64,000 bases of DNA from an uncultured delta proteobacterium (GCA_963796055.1 CAWCKH010000003.1:640001-704000), one strand, 5' to 3'. Positions 49,783 through 59,257 are shown, counted from the first letter of the stretch. Translations and numbers: made by a program. Notes: generated by a model from the sequence alone, not told the origin.

Positions 49783-51320
49783 CCGCGCTCGCCCTGGTGC
49801 TGCTCCCGACCGCCGCCCTGGCGGAGGTGGAGCGGTACGCGGTGGTGGTGGGCAACAACCTCGGCCAGCCGCCGGACCTGCCCCTGCGCTACGCCGAGAT
49901 GGACGCGGCGCGGGTGGCCTCGGTGCTCCAGGAGGTGGGTGGGGTGCGGCCGGAGAACACCGTCCTCCTCCAGGGCAAGGACGCGGGCACCGTGCGCCGC
50001 GCGCTCATCGCGGTCAACGAGCGGGTGCGGACGGCAGGGCGGTCCACCGTGCTGCTGGTCTACTACTCGGGCCACGCCGACGCCGGGGCGCTGCACCTCG
50101 GGGACTCGCGCCTCGAGCTGGGCGAGCTGGAGCAGCTGGTGCGCGGCTCGGCCGCGGCGTTCCGGCTGCTGGTGCTGGACGCCTGCCGCTCCGGCGCGCT
50201 CACCCGGGTCAAGGGAGGCACGCCTATTCCCCCGTTCGAGATCCGTCTCGGCGAGCGCGTGGCCGGTGAGGGCGCGGTGTTCCTCACCTCCAGCTCGGCG
50301 TCCGAGGACAGCCAGGAGTCGGACGAGCTGAAGGGGAGCTTCTTCACCCACGCCCTCGTCTCCGGGCTGCTGGGTGCAGCGGACGAGAACCGCGATGGGC
50401 GGGTGACGCTGGACGAGGCATACCGCTATGCCTACGAGTCCACGCTTCGCCAGTCGAGCCGCACCCTGGCCGGCACGCAGCACCCCACCTTCCAGTACGA
50501 CCTGCGCGGCTCGGGCGACCTGGTGCTGGCCACGCTCGACGCCCGCTCGCCGACCCGGGCCTGGCTGGAGCTGCCGGCGGGGAAGAGCTGGCTGCTCTTC
50601 CAGGAGAACGCCGACGGGGCGGTGGTGGGCGAGGTGGCGAGCGCGGACCGGGTGCGCCGGCTGTCGCTGCGATCCGGTCGCTACTTCCTGCGCGGGCGCG
50701 GCCCGGAGGTGCTGCTGGAGGGCACGGTGGCCCTCGCTCCCGGCTCGACCGCGACGGTGGACGAGTCGAAGCTGCAGCGCACCGCCTACGCGCGTCTGGT
50801 GCGCAAGGGTGAGGGAACCCGGAACTCGGTCGTTTCGCTGGAGGCCGAAGCGCGGATGCGGACCTCCCTGGTGAGCGACGCCGGCCTCTGCCCGGGGGTG
50901 GCGGTGGGACTGGCCATCGCGCTCCAGCCCATCACGCTCGTCCCGCGGGTCGCCTGGTGCCGGACCGGCTACACCAGCGATGGCCTCGCGGCGACCACCG
51001 ACCAGTTCGACGTCGAGCTCCAGGCCTCCCACGTCTGGGACCTGGCGCCGGTGTCGATCGAGGTGGGGCTGACGGTGGGTGCGGCGCTGCTCAACCAGAA
51101 GTTCCAGACGGCGGGAACGGCGCCACCGCGGACCACCGCTGCGCTGCAGCTCACCCCCGCGGTGGCGGTGAGCCGCGATCTCGGCGGCCGCACGTACCTC
51201 TACCTGGCGGTGGCCGGGGCGACGTACCTCTTCAAGAACGAGTCCAGCGCCACCGAGACCACGAGCTTCGGGCCGTCGTTCGCGATCCGTTTGTCGCTGG
51301 GATTCGGCTACCGCTTCTGA
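49761..51320 (+). CDS. Exported caspase-family (C14-like) protein with C-terminal beta-barrel-like domain
   Basis: Signal-like LTALALVLLPTAALA. RYAVVVGNN, LRYAEMDA, YYSGHAD, LDACRSG, SFFTHALVSGLLGAAD. Amphipathic C-terminus ending LGFGYRF. Confidence 0.85.
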   Translation: MELRQALTALALVLLPTAALAEVERYAVVVGNNLGQPPDLPLRYAEMDAARVASVLQEVGGVRPENTVLLQGKDAGTVRRALIAVNERVRTAGRSTVLLVYYSGHADAGALHLGDSRLELGELEQLVRGSAAAFRLLVLDACRSGALTRVKGGTPIPPFEIRLGERVAGEGAVFLTSSSASEDSQESDELKGSFFTHALVSGLLGAADENRDGRVTLDEAYRYAYESTLRQSSRTLAGTQHPTFQYDLRGSGDLVLATLDARSPTRAWLELPAGKSWLLFQENADGAVVGEVASADRVRRLSLRSGRYFLRGRGPEVLLEGTVALAPGSTATVDESKLQRTAYARLVRKGEGTRNSVVSLEAEARMRTSLVSDAGLCPGVAVGLAIALQPITLVPRVAWCRTGYTSDGLAATTDQFDVELQASHVWDLAPVSIEVGLTVGAALLNQKFQTAGTAPPRTTAALQLTPAVAVSRDLGGRTYLYLAVAGATYLFKNESSATETTSFGPSFAIRLSLGFGYRF

Positions 51321-51599
51321 ACGGCGGCCTCGGTCCTTCCCTCCGTCGCCTGCCTGACGCGCGTTCGCCGCAGAGCCTGCGGGGCTGAACCTCTCCGGGG
51401 CCGGTCAGCGAGCGGATCCAAGTTCGGCGCGAACACGTTGCACGCGCCGGATCGCGGAGCGACTCTGGATCTGCTTCGAGGGGAGCCGAGTCCACCCGGG
51501 CTCCTCGGAGGGGCCAGACCCTGCCCTGGCCTCGGCTCGTAGCGTGGCAGGTTGTCGCAGAGGAGCGGCGGGGGGGAGGCAGCCCAAAATCGAATATGT

Positions 51600-51660
51600 G
51601 CTTGCTGCAAGCAAATGCTTTCGGAAACTACTTGCTTGCAGGAAGCAAATTGTTTTTTTG
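51600..51660. repeat. AT-rich inverted repeat (14/15 bp arms) followed by a T-tract
   Basis: GCTTGCTGCAAGCAA (51600-51614) and TTGCTTGCAGGAAGC (51632-51646), then TGTTTTTTTG, between convergent operons. Confidence 0.55.
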
Positions 51661-51875
51661 GGGAGCGCGCCCCGCCCGGGCTCCTCTCGTCGACGGTTCG
51701 GGACAGTCCCGCGGCGTGGATGGCACGGCCGCAGTCGGGCCCCGCCTCCCTGAGCGCCCGGGATCGCGCATGCCGCTCGGAACGTCCCGAGCGCTGAACC
51801 CGGATGTTGCCGCGTTCCGTACGGGCAGAACCCGCCTCTGGCCGTCGAAGGCCTCGTCGCGATCTCCGTCGACGT

Positions 51876-52406
51876 TCATCCGGTCGTGCGCGGGTGGGCG
51901 TAGGCGACCCAGGCCAGGGCCTCGAGGCTCGGCACCTCGATGCGCGCGCCGGTGCGGTGCCGGTAGCGTCCGACCCACATCCGGAAGGCCTCGAGCTGCT
52001 CCGCCGAAGGCGAGACCACCGGCCGGCCAGCCTTGAGCCGGTTCATCGCATCGAGCGGCTCGGTTCCGCCCGCCACCAGCGTGCACAGCGTCAGCAGCGC
52101 GCTTCGCCCGATCCCGTGCTCGCAGTGGATGAGCACCCGCGTTCCGCCGTCGAGTCGCACCCGCACCCACTCCACCCCGTCGTCGATCATCCGCGGGGCG
52201 ATCGCGCAGCAGTCCACAGTCGGCAGATGCAGAAACTCGAGGCCGTGCACCCGCAGCGTCGCCTCGTCGTCACGCGCCTCGACCCGCAGGTCCACGATGG
52301 CCCGGATTCCCTCGCCCTGCGCGAGCTGCTCCGCCGCCTCCATCGGGAACCGTCCGCCCACCGCCAGCCGCTGGTCGATCCAGTCGAAATTGAAAGGCGA
52401 ACGCAT
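51876..52406 (-). CDS. Dual-specificity protein phosphatase family protein
   Basis: P-loop HCEHGIGRS (CX5R), IVDLR, HLPTVD. Confidence 0.9.
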   Translation of the reverse strand: MRSPFNFDWIDQRLAVGGRFPMEAAEQLAQGEGIRAIVDLRVEARDDEATLRVHGLEFLHLPTVDCCAIAPRMIDDGVEWVRVRLDGGTRVLIHCEHGIGRSALLTLCTLVAGGTEPLDAMNRLKAGRPVVSPSAEQLEAFRMWVGRYRHRTGARIEVPSLEALAWVAYAHPRTTG

Positions 52407-52480
52407 CGTCGAGGCCCAACCTACACACCGCGACGCCCGTCGTCATGGACCAGTGGGCCGCCCTCCGAGGCGATTCTTGC

Positions 52481-54157
52481 TCAATCCTCGAGCTCAGCGG
52501 CCGTCCGCGCCTCGTCGCTCGCCAGGATCGCCACGAGGTCCGGCACCGGGCTCAGCGCCACCAGCTGGCGGGCGATGGCGATGCCCCTCCGGTCGCCGCG
52601 CCCCGCCAGCCACTGGGCGTGCTCGGCGGCGAGGGCGAGCTGAAGCGCCCGCCCCACCGCGAGCGCGAAGCGCCGCGCTCCACCTTCCAGCTGGGCCGGC
52701 CCTCCCTGGTGGGCGACGCCGAACCAGCCACCCGCGGCGTCCATCAGCGCACGCGCGCGGGTCCGCACGGGCGCGAGCGCCGCGTCGGTCGCCGCGCCCA
52801 GCGCCCGGGACAGCTCGGCGTCCACGTCGCGCAATCCCGCCTCGCCGGTGAGCGCGCGCAGCAGATCCAGCGAGAGGACGTTGGTCGTCCCTTCCCAGAT
52901 CGGAAGCACCTGCGCATCGCGCAGAAGCACCGGAAGTCCCGTGTCCTCGACATACCCCGCCCCGCCGAATGACTCGAGCACCTCGCTCGCGTGCGCCACC
53001 GCCTGCTTTCCGGTGACCAGCTTGGCCACGGGCTGGAGCGCACGGACCAGTCGTCGCTCCCAATCGGTTGCCTCCTGGACCTCGACCCGGCCGAGCAGCT
53101 CGAGCAGGCGGAAGGTCAAGAGGAAGGCCGCCTGGTACTCTGCCTCGAGCTCGGCCAGGGTCTGCACGTGGAGCGGCTTGTCCGCGAGCCGTGCGCCGAA
53201 GGCCGAGCGCCGGCCCGCGTAGTCGCGGGCCAGGGCGATACCCCGCCGCATCGAGCACACCGCACAGAGCGCGTTCCAGGTCCGGGTGATCTGCAGCATC
53301 GGGGCGATGGCCCGGACTCCCTCGGACAGGCCGCTGACCGCGGTGGCGAGCGCGCCGTCCAGCTCGACCTCCGCGGTGGGGAGCATCCGCGTCCCGAGCT
53401 TCTCCTTCAGCCGGAGCACCTTCACCCCGTTGGGGGTCCCGTCCGGTCGACGGAGCTCGAGGTAGAAGAGTGCCAGCCCCTTGCCGCCGCCCGGGTTGCC
53501 CTCGGGCCGGGCGAGGGTCAGGGTCATCTCGCTGGTGGTGGCCGAGGTGAACCACTTGGTCCCGTGGAGCCGCCAGGCGTCGCCATCGCGCACCGCCCGG
53601 GTCAGGCTCTGCCCCACGTCGGAGCCCCCGGTGCGCTCGGTCATCCACTGCCCGCTGGTCCAAGCGCGCGCGGGGTCGCGGCTGGTGAGGCGGGGGACCG
53701 CCCGCTCGACCAGGGCCGCGTTGCCGTGGGCGAGAAGGGTGGTCGCCGCGCCGTCGGTCATCGCCAGGGGACAGGTGTAGATGGAGCTCGACGGGCCGAA
53801 GAGGTGCACCAGGGCCCCCTGGTGGATCCGGGAGAAGGCCCCCTGGGCGCGCTGGTGGGGAATCGCCACCAGGCCCCACTCCGCCGCGAGGCGGGCGAAG
53901 GTGCGCCACGCTTCCGGTACCCGGATCTCGTCGATGCGGCGGCCCCATGCATCGTAGGGAACCAGTTCCGGCTCCTCCCGGCGCGACCGGGTGGACAGCT
54001 CGAGGAGCGTCGTCGCCGCCAGCTCGCCCATCTCGCGCAGCTCGGGCTCGATGGACCGGCGCACGGGCTCCGGCAAGGTCCGCTCCAGCCAGCTGCGGAG
54101 GAGGAGGTCGGAGTCGTACTGGTTCCCGAGCCGGGGCGGTTCCTGGAAGAAGTCCAT
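52481..54157 (-). CDS. Acyl-CoA dehydrogenase family protein (AidB/ACD-11-like)
   Basis: CPLAMTDGA, SGQWMTERTGGSDV, GTKWFTSA, LKEKLGT, GGAGYVED, IWEGTTNV. Confidence 0.9.
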   Translation of the reverse strand: MDFFQEPPRLGNQYDSDLLLRSWLERTLPEPVRRSIEPELREMGELAATTLLELSTRSRREEPELVPYDAWGRRIDEIRVPEAWRTFARLAAEWGLVAIPHQRAQGAFSRIHQGALVHLFGPSSSIYTCPLAMTDGAATTLLAHGNAALVERAVPRLTSRDPARAWTSGQWMTERTGGSDVGQSLTRAVRDGDAWRLHGTKWFTSATTSEMTLTLARPEGNPGGGKGLALFYLELRRPDGTPNGVKVLRLKEKLGTRMLPTAEVELDGALATAVSGLSEGVRAIAPMLQITRTWNALCAVCSMRRGIALARDYAGRRSAFGARLADKPLHVQTLAELEAEYQAAFLLTFRLLELLGRVEVQEATDWERRLVRALQPVAKLVTGKQAVAHASEVLESFGGAGYVEDTGLPVLLRDAQVLPIWEGTTNVLSLDLLRALTGEAGLRDVDAELSRALGAATDAALAPVRTRARALMDAAGGWFGVAHQGGPAQLEGGARRFALAVGRALQLALAAEHAQWLAGRGDRRGIAIARQLVALSPVPDLVAILASDEARTAAELED

Positions 54158-54167
54158 CGCCTCCGGG

Positions 54168-54214
54168 AGCTTACTCCGGCCGCCCTGACCAAGCTGACTG
54201 CGGCCGCCCTGACC
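54168..54214. repeat. Two-copy tandem repeat with a 24-bp period
   Basis: AGCTTACTCCGGCCGCCCTGACC and AGCTGACTGCGGCCGCCCTGACC (21/23 identical), filling the intergenic gap. Confidence 0.6.
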
Positions 54215-54948
54215 TAGACCTCGACCAGCGCGAACCGCTGCTCGGGCGTGGTCTTCGCCAGCAGCGGCATCGCCACGTTCAGCACCCGGATTCCGCCCGG
54301 CGTCTTGCCCTCGCGCGAGCCGAAGTGGGAGTGGCCGTGGAACACCACCGCCGCGCCGTAGTGATCGATGGGGTAGACGAGCCGGCTGGTGCCCAGAAAG
54401 GGCATGAGCTCCGGCTGCTCCCCGGCACAGGTGTCGGGAATCGGGCTGTAGTGGAGCATCACCACCTTCTTCGGGGTGTCGAGCTGGCCCAGCGCTGCCT
54501 CCAGCTTCAACGACTCGCTCACGCCCTCCTGGACGAAGGCCTTGACCGGACCCTCGCCGAAGGCCTGGAGCGTGGCCCGCCCGAACCCGCCGCCGAACCC
54601 CTTGATGCCCGCCACCCCGAGCACCTTCTCGAAGACGTAGTGGTCCCCGTCCAGGACGTGCACGCTGGCCTTGTTCAGCTCGGCGCAGATCTGCTTGCTG
54701 CACCCGCCCTCGTAGTCGTGGTTGCCAAAGACCGCGACGCAGGGGATGCGCAGCGCTGAGAGATCCTCGGCCAGGGTCCGCGCCTCCTCCGGTGTGCCGC
54801 GGTCGGTGAGGTCCCCGCAGAGGAGCAGGACGTCGGCCACCTCGTTGACGTGCTTGATGAAGTTCCGGAACCGGCCGTGCTGATCCTCCCGGCAGTGGAG
54901 GTCACCTGATGCCGCTACCCGGACCTTGGAGTTCGGATCCCGTGCCAC
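54214..54948 (-). CDS. Calcineurin-like metallophosphoesterase
   Basis: GDLH, GDLTD, GNHD, LHYSP, HGHSH. Confidence 0.92.
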   Translation of the reverse strand: MARDPNSKVRVAASGDLHCREDQHGRFRNFIKHVNEVADVLLLCGDLTDRGTPEEARTLAEDLSALRIPCVAVFGNHDYEGGCSKQICAELNKASVHVLDGDHYVFEKVLGVAGIKGFGGGFGRATLQAFGEGPVKAFVQEGVSESLKLEAALGQLDTPKKVVMLHYSPIPDTCAGEQPELMPFLGTSRLVYPIDHYGAAVVFHGHSHFGSREGKTPGGIRVLNVAMPLLAKTTPEQRFALVEV

Positions 54949-55756
54949 TGGACGCTCCTCGCTTTCGCTCGTCCCGCTCCCGGCCGCTGGCGTACCCCCA
55001 GGAGTCGATGTCGAGCCGGAAGTTCACCCGCGACAGCAGATCGCCGCGGCAGATCCTCTCCTCCTCCGGCCCCGACTTGAGCGTCTCTACCGCTCGGGAG
55101 AGGAGATCGGTCATCACCCGGTCGGGGACCACGTCGCGATCGCTGGGGTACGCGAAGCGGAAGAACATGAGGTGCCCGAGCAGGACCTCCCAGTAGCGCT
55201 CGAAGCGCCGCAGCACGCGGTCCCAGTCGAGCTTGGCCCCGAGAGCCCGGAGCAGGTGGTAGACGTCGGCACCGTCGAAGCGCTCGCGCTCCATCACGAA
55301 CGCCTTGCTCCAGATCATCTCCTCGGCGGCAACCAGCGGGACGTCCTGGCCGAACACCCGGCCCGGGACCGCGTGCTCGAACCAGCCGGGGTCCACCACC
55401 GCCACGCCGTTCCCGGAGCTGAAGATGAGGTCCACGAAGTACTCGCCCTTGAAGCCCTTCGCCAGCCACCCGTCCGGGTGGTGCTCGGTGCGCCAGCCGT
55501 CCCCGGCCAGCACCGCCAGGGCACGCTCCACGTCCTCGGGCATCAGGAAGAGGTCGAGGTCCTTGGTGTCCCGGTAGATGCCGGTGTAGTGGGCGAAGGC
55601 GTAGGCCCCGCCCACCAGGAAGGGCACTCCGGCCGCCCGTACCACCTGGATGGCCCGCGCCCGGGCCTCGAGCTCGTCCCCCTCGCGCATCCGCTCCGCC
55701 GCCGAGGCCTCGGTGGAGAGCTCGCCGGGATGGTTCGGGTGCCGCGCCTCGCCCAT
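54902..55756 (-). CDS. Pol-beta-superfamily nucleotidyltransferase
   Basis: VGGAYAF...RDTKDLDLFL (GG/DxD), VDLIFSSGNG, SKAFVMERERFDGAD. Confidence 0.88.
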   Translation of the reverse strand: MGEARHPNHPGELSTEASAAERMREGDELEARARAIQVVRAAGVPFLVGGAYAFAHYTGIYRDTKDLDLFLMPEDVERALAVLAGDGWRTEHHPDGWLAKGFKGEYFVDLIFSSGNGVAVVDPGWFEHAVPGRVFGQDVPLVAAEEMIWSKAFVMERERFDGADVYHLLRALGAKLDWDRVLRRFERYWEVLLGHLMFFRFAYPSDRDVVPDRVMTDLLSRAVETLKSGPEEERICRGDLLSRVNFRLDIDSWGYASGRERDERKRGASSGTGSELQGPGSGIR

Positions 55757-55868
55757 GCCCGGGCGAAGGTAGGGAGGGCCTCCCGTCTTGACACCCCCCG
55801 GGGGTGCCGTTACGTCCACCCCCTTTCCGCTCCCCCCGGGGGGGCTGGCTCCAGAGGAATTCCCGAAG

Positions 55869-56132
55869 ATGGCCCGCGTCACCGTCGAAGACTGCCTCCC
55901 CCTCGTCGACAACCGGTTCGCCCTGGTGCTGCTGGCGGCGAAGCGGGCCCGTCAGCTGATGGCAGGGGCCCGGCCGCTGATCGAGACCTCGAAGAACAAG
56001 CCGCCGGTGCTGTCCCTGCGCGAGGTGGCCACCGGGCGGGTGAAGTTCGATCGCGACGTGCGCGAGACCCTGTCCGGGAAGTACGACGCCGAGTCGGCGG
56101 CGTCGACGTCCAAGCCTGCAGCCGCCCTGTAG
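55869..56132 (+). CDS. rpoZ: RNA polymerase omega subunit
   Basis: [10 protein letters not shown]...[16 protein letters not shown]...[14 protein letters not shown] at 55788 upstream. Confidence 0.95.
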   Translation: MARVTVEDCLPLVDNRFALVLLAAKRARQLMAGARPLIETSKNKPPVLSLREVATGRVKFDRDVRETLSGKYDAESAASTSKPAAAL

Positions 56133-56149
56133 GCAGCCGGTTTCCGCCG

Positions 56150-57937
56150 TCAGGACGGAGGGGCGCTCAGGGACACCACGCCGCGCCGGATGAGGTCCCG
56201 CAGCACCTCCTCCAGCTCGATCGGGGACTCGTCCAGCCGCGCCAGGACCTCACGCGGGGGCAGCCCCTGCTCGCAGAGGAGCCGCGCCGCGGGGAGCCAC
56301 TGCTCGGGTCCGTTCCGGACGTAGACCTCGTACAGCTCGGGGTTCACGTGGATCTCGATGGGGTTGACCATCAACCCGTCGCGGAGCCGCCGGGCGTTGT
56401 CGTTGAGGAGCTGGGTGGCCCGGACCAGCAGCTCGGGCACCGGGAGCATCAGCGTCTGCCGGGGCCCGGGCTCGGCCGGGTTCCAGGTCGCCTCGGTGCA
56501 GCGGCTGGCGACGAAGGCGTTGAGCGCCCGCTCGCCCACTGCCTGGTGGGAGCCGGTCTGGGCCGAAGCGTGGATGGCACGCCCCTGCCGGAACGCGACC
56601 TCGTAGGTGGCCCAGCTGTCGCGCGCCCGGAGCGTCCCGGTGATGCCGGCGGCGGCCAGCTCGCGGAGCGTCCACTGCACCCCGAGCTGCCCCACCGGGA
56701 TGGTCCGCAGCGAGCCGGAGCCGATGTCCGCCCGGGCCTGCTGCCGCGGCTGGAGGAGCGACTGGACCTGGCTCACCAGCGCCTCGAGCCGGAGCGTCTT
56801 CGGGAAGTAGGCCTGGGCTCCGGCGTCGAGCGCCTTCAGCGACTCGCGGTAGTGGTCCTGGCAGCTCAGCATCGCGAAGGGCAGCTCGCGGGTCCGGTAG
56901 TCGTCGCGGATGAGGCGCAGCAGGCCCCAGCCGTCCATCTTCGGCATGTTGAGGTCGGCGATGAGCAGCTCGTACTCCCCGGAGGTCGCCGCCTCGTAGC
57001 CGGCCAGCCCGTCCGAGGCCGAGGTGACGTCGAAGCCCTTGCGGCGGAACAGCGCGCCGAACATCCGGCACAGCTCCTCGTCGTCGTCCACCAGGAGGAT
57101 GGGGACGTGCGGGGGCGCGGGCGTGGGGGTGTTGCCCTCCAGGACCAGCAGCTGCTCGCCCTCCGCCTCGGCGTCGACCGCGATGGGACCGCTCCCCTCG
57201 GCGAGGAGCACCTCGGGACCGCCGTCCGGGACGATGTCGTACCCGCTCTCCTCCATGGAGGGGGGAGGCACCGCGGGCTTCCGGTCGAGGTGGATGGCGA
57301 CCTCGGTTCCCTCCCCCTCCTGCCCGCTCAGCTGGAAGAATGCCCACGGCGTGCGAGGCAGCGCCAGCATCGCTGCCAGCGCGACCTCGCCCCGCGCGTC
57401 GCGGTGCCGCGCCCCACGCAGCACCCCATGGGTGAAGAGGGCCTGGCTCTCGCCCGGCGTGCCGGGGTTCAGCTTCAGCGCGCCGGACCGAAACGTGCGC
57501 TGGATGTGCTCCACCATCCGGAGGGCCTCGAAGCCGACCACCCGCCCCGAGCGCTCCGGAAGCTCGGCCAGGACCTGTCGCACCCGGTCGGGGTGCTCGA
57601 ACGGCTGGAAGGGGCGGAGGAGCAGCTCCACCACCCCGCTCCGCATCTGCGAGACGAAGGGAGCCTCGAGGGCCTGGTCCCCGAGCAACACCACCGGGAG
57701 GCGGGAGAGGGTCGCGTCGTGGGCCAGCGTGCCCAGCAGCTGGGAGACGAGGGGTGTGTCCAGATTCCCCACCGCCAGCACGGCATCCACCGACGTCGAG
57801 CGGAGCAAGTTGAGGGCGCGCCGCAGGTCGGGCACCGCCCGGAAACCGAACTCGGCGCGGGTGAAGGCCTCGGAAAGCGCGCGGGCCGACGCCAGGTCGG
57901 GGTCCACCGCGAGGATGGAGAGCTTCGTCACGGTCAA
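56150..57937 (-). CDS. Response regulator with two receiver(-like) domains and DUF4388-like domains
   Basis: Degenerate N-terminal REC (ILAVDPD). Canonical second REC (ILLVDDDE, ADLNMPKMDGW, AYFPK). Each REC is followed by a GxLx strand module. Confidence 0.85.
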   Translation of the reverse strand: MTVTKLSILAVDPDLASARALSEAFTRAEFGFRAVPDLRRALNLLRSTSVDAVLAVGNLDTPLVSQLLGTLAHDATLSRLPVVLLGDQALEAPFVSQMRSGVVELLLRPFQPFEHPDRVRQVLAELPERSGRVVGFEALRMVEHIQRTFRSGALKLNPGTPGESQALFTHGVLRGARHRDARGEVALAAMLALPRTPWAFFQLSGQEGEGTEVAIHLDRKPAVPPPSMEESGYDIVPDGGPEVLLAEGSGPIAVDAEAEGEQLLVLEGNTPTPAPPHVPILLVDDDEELCRMFGALFRRKGFDVTSASDGLAGYEAATSGEYELLIADLNMPKMDGWGLLRLIRDDYRTRELPFAMLSCQDHYRESLKALDAGAQAYFPKTLRLEALVSQVQSLLQPRQQARADIGSGSLRTIPVGQLGVQWTLRELAAAGITGTLRARDSWATYEVAFRQGRAIHASAQTGSHQAVGERALNAFVASRCTEATWNPAEPGPRQTLMLPVPELLVRATQLLNDNARRLRDGLMVNPIEIHVNPELYEVYVRNGPEQWLPAARLLCEQGLPPREVLARLDESPIELEEVLRDLIRRGVVSLSAPPS

Positions 57938-57961
57938 CGAGAGAGGACTGTACCAGGACCC

Positions 57962-58600
57962 TCAGGCCGCGCGCGCCAGATGCCGCAGCTTGGCCTCCGC
58001 CCCGAGCCTGTAGGCGTACCTCAGCGCAGCGAGGAGCCGATCCAGCCGGCGCGCCACGACGTGGGCCAGCAGCCAGCGGGTGAAGAGCGCCGCCAGCCGG
58101 TTGGCCTCGACGTACCGTGCCTGCTCCTCGGGGGTCAGCCCGGGCCGATAGGAGACGTCGTGGAAGAGCCGGGCGTGGAGCTGCCAGGCCGAGGCGGCCT
58201 GCAGCGCGGGCCAGTGGTGGAGCACCAGGCTCGCGAACTTGTCCACCTCGGCCTGGACCTCCAGCTCGAGGATCGACAGCCGCCGCCCGAGCTGCGCCGA
58301 GCGGGTCAGGTAGAGGAAGTGGCTCACCCCCTCGGCCAGCCGGCAGTACGCGTCGAGCCCGGGGACGAGCCAGCCCGGATCGCGGAGCGAGCGCGCCTCG
58401 AGGTGGGTCCGCAGCGCGGCCGAGTAGTACAGCCCGATCTCCAGACCGTCCGCGGCCTCGTGGACCCAGAGCTCCTCGTCCGAGCGGGGAGAGCGGAGGA
58501 GCTCGGCGTGCTCGGGATGGAGGAGGAAGTCCGAGGCCCGGGGACACTCGATGTCGTAGATGGCCTGCAGCTGGTCCTGGACCTCGTCGACGAGCTTCAG
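57962..58600 (-). CDS. Conserved hypothetical protein (possible zincin-like; start uncertain)
   Basis: QLQAIYDI...EGVSHFLYL...LELEVQAEVDKF...RYVEANRLA. The only start at the junction is a CTG overlapping the upstream TGA. Confidence 0.75.
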   Translation of the reverse strand: MKLVDEVQDQLQAIYDIECPRASDFLLHPEHAELLRSPRSDEELWVHEAADGLEIGLYYSAALRTHLEARSLRDPGWLVPGLDAYCRLAEGVSHFLYLTRSAQLGRRLSILELEVQAEVDKFASLVLHHWPALQAASAWQLHARLFHDVSYRPGLTPEEQARYVEANRLAALFTRWLLAHVVARRLDRLLAALRYAYRLGAEAKLRHLARAA

Positions 58601-59184
58601 TTGGGCAGCCCTCCGCGGGGCGGAAGCAGCCCGGCGTCGATGAGCACGCTCTCCAGCGTGTCGCTCCCGGTGCGACGCCACGACTCGTAGACCCGCAGCG
58701 CGCCGGCCGGAGAGCTCCTCGCCGAGGAGCGGGCGGCGATGCCCTCCAGCACCTCGACCAGCGGGCGGAACTTGCGGCCCAGCTCGTCGTAGACGTGGGC
58801 GAAGCCGCCACGGGCGAGCGCCGCGACCTGGGTATAGGCGGCACGGCCCATGTCGATGGTGTAGCCCCTTCCCACCACGCTGTGGCGGAGCGCCCCGGCG
58901 AAGAACCCCGCCTTGTAGAGCGACACATCACCCAGCCGGCGGAGGATGCGGATCCGCTCCTCCCGCTCGGCGGCCTGGGCGCGGTGGTACAGCAGCGCGA
59001 GTGGCTCCTCCGCTCCCCCCAGCTCCTCGGGGGCGAACAGCCGATCGGCAGCGGCGAACTCGGCCAAGAGGTTCGCCAGGTAGAACTCGGTCACCTCCGC
59101 CACGTCCAGCCCGGTCTGCCCCAGCGCCTCGTCCAGGAGTGACTTGAAGAATTGCTTCAGCGAGGTGACAGCGACGAGATCCAT
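58597..59184 (-). CDS. Conserved hypothetical protein divergent from groES
   Basis: EFYLANLLAEF, LRRLGDVSLYKAGFF, MGRAAY, LRVYESWRRTGS. Codon usage matches the host. Confidence 0.8.
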   Translation of the reverse strand: MDLVAVTSLKQFFKSLLDEALGQTGLDVAEVTEFYLANLLAEFAAADRLFAPEELGGAEEPLALLYHRAQAAEREERIRILRRLGDVSLYKAGFFAGALRHSVVGRGYTIDMGRAAYTQVAALARGGFAHVYDELGRKFRPLVEVLEGIAARSSARSSPAGALRVYESWRRTGSDTLESVLIDAGLLPPRGGLPN

Positions 59185-59257
59185 CGATGCTCACACAAGA
59201 CTAGCAATGGCTGGGCCACCCGTGCACTCCGGTCGCCTGGAATTTCGCGGGGTTGGG

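Noticed and set aside
51590..51660. dif site or replication origin
   Set aside because: No XerC/XerD arm match and no DnaA boxes recognised.
54926..58690. 1254-aa + strand ORF
   Set aside because: Runs antisense across several well-supported genes and overlaps rpoZ out of frame; a shadow ORF.
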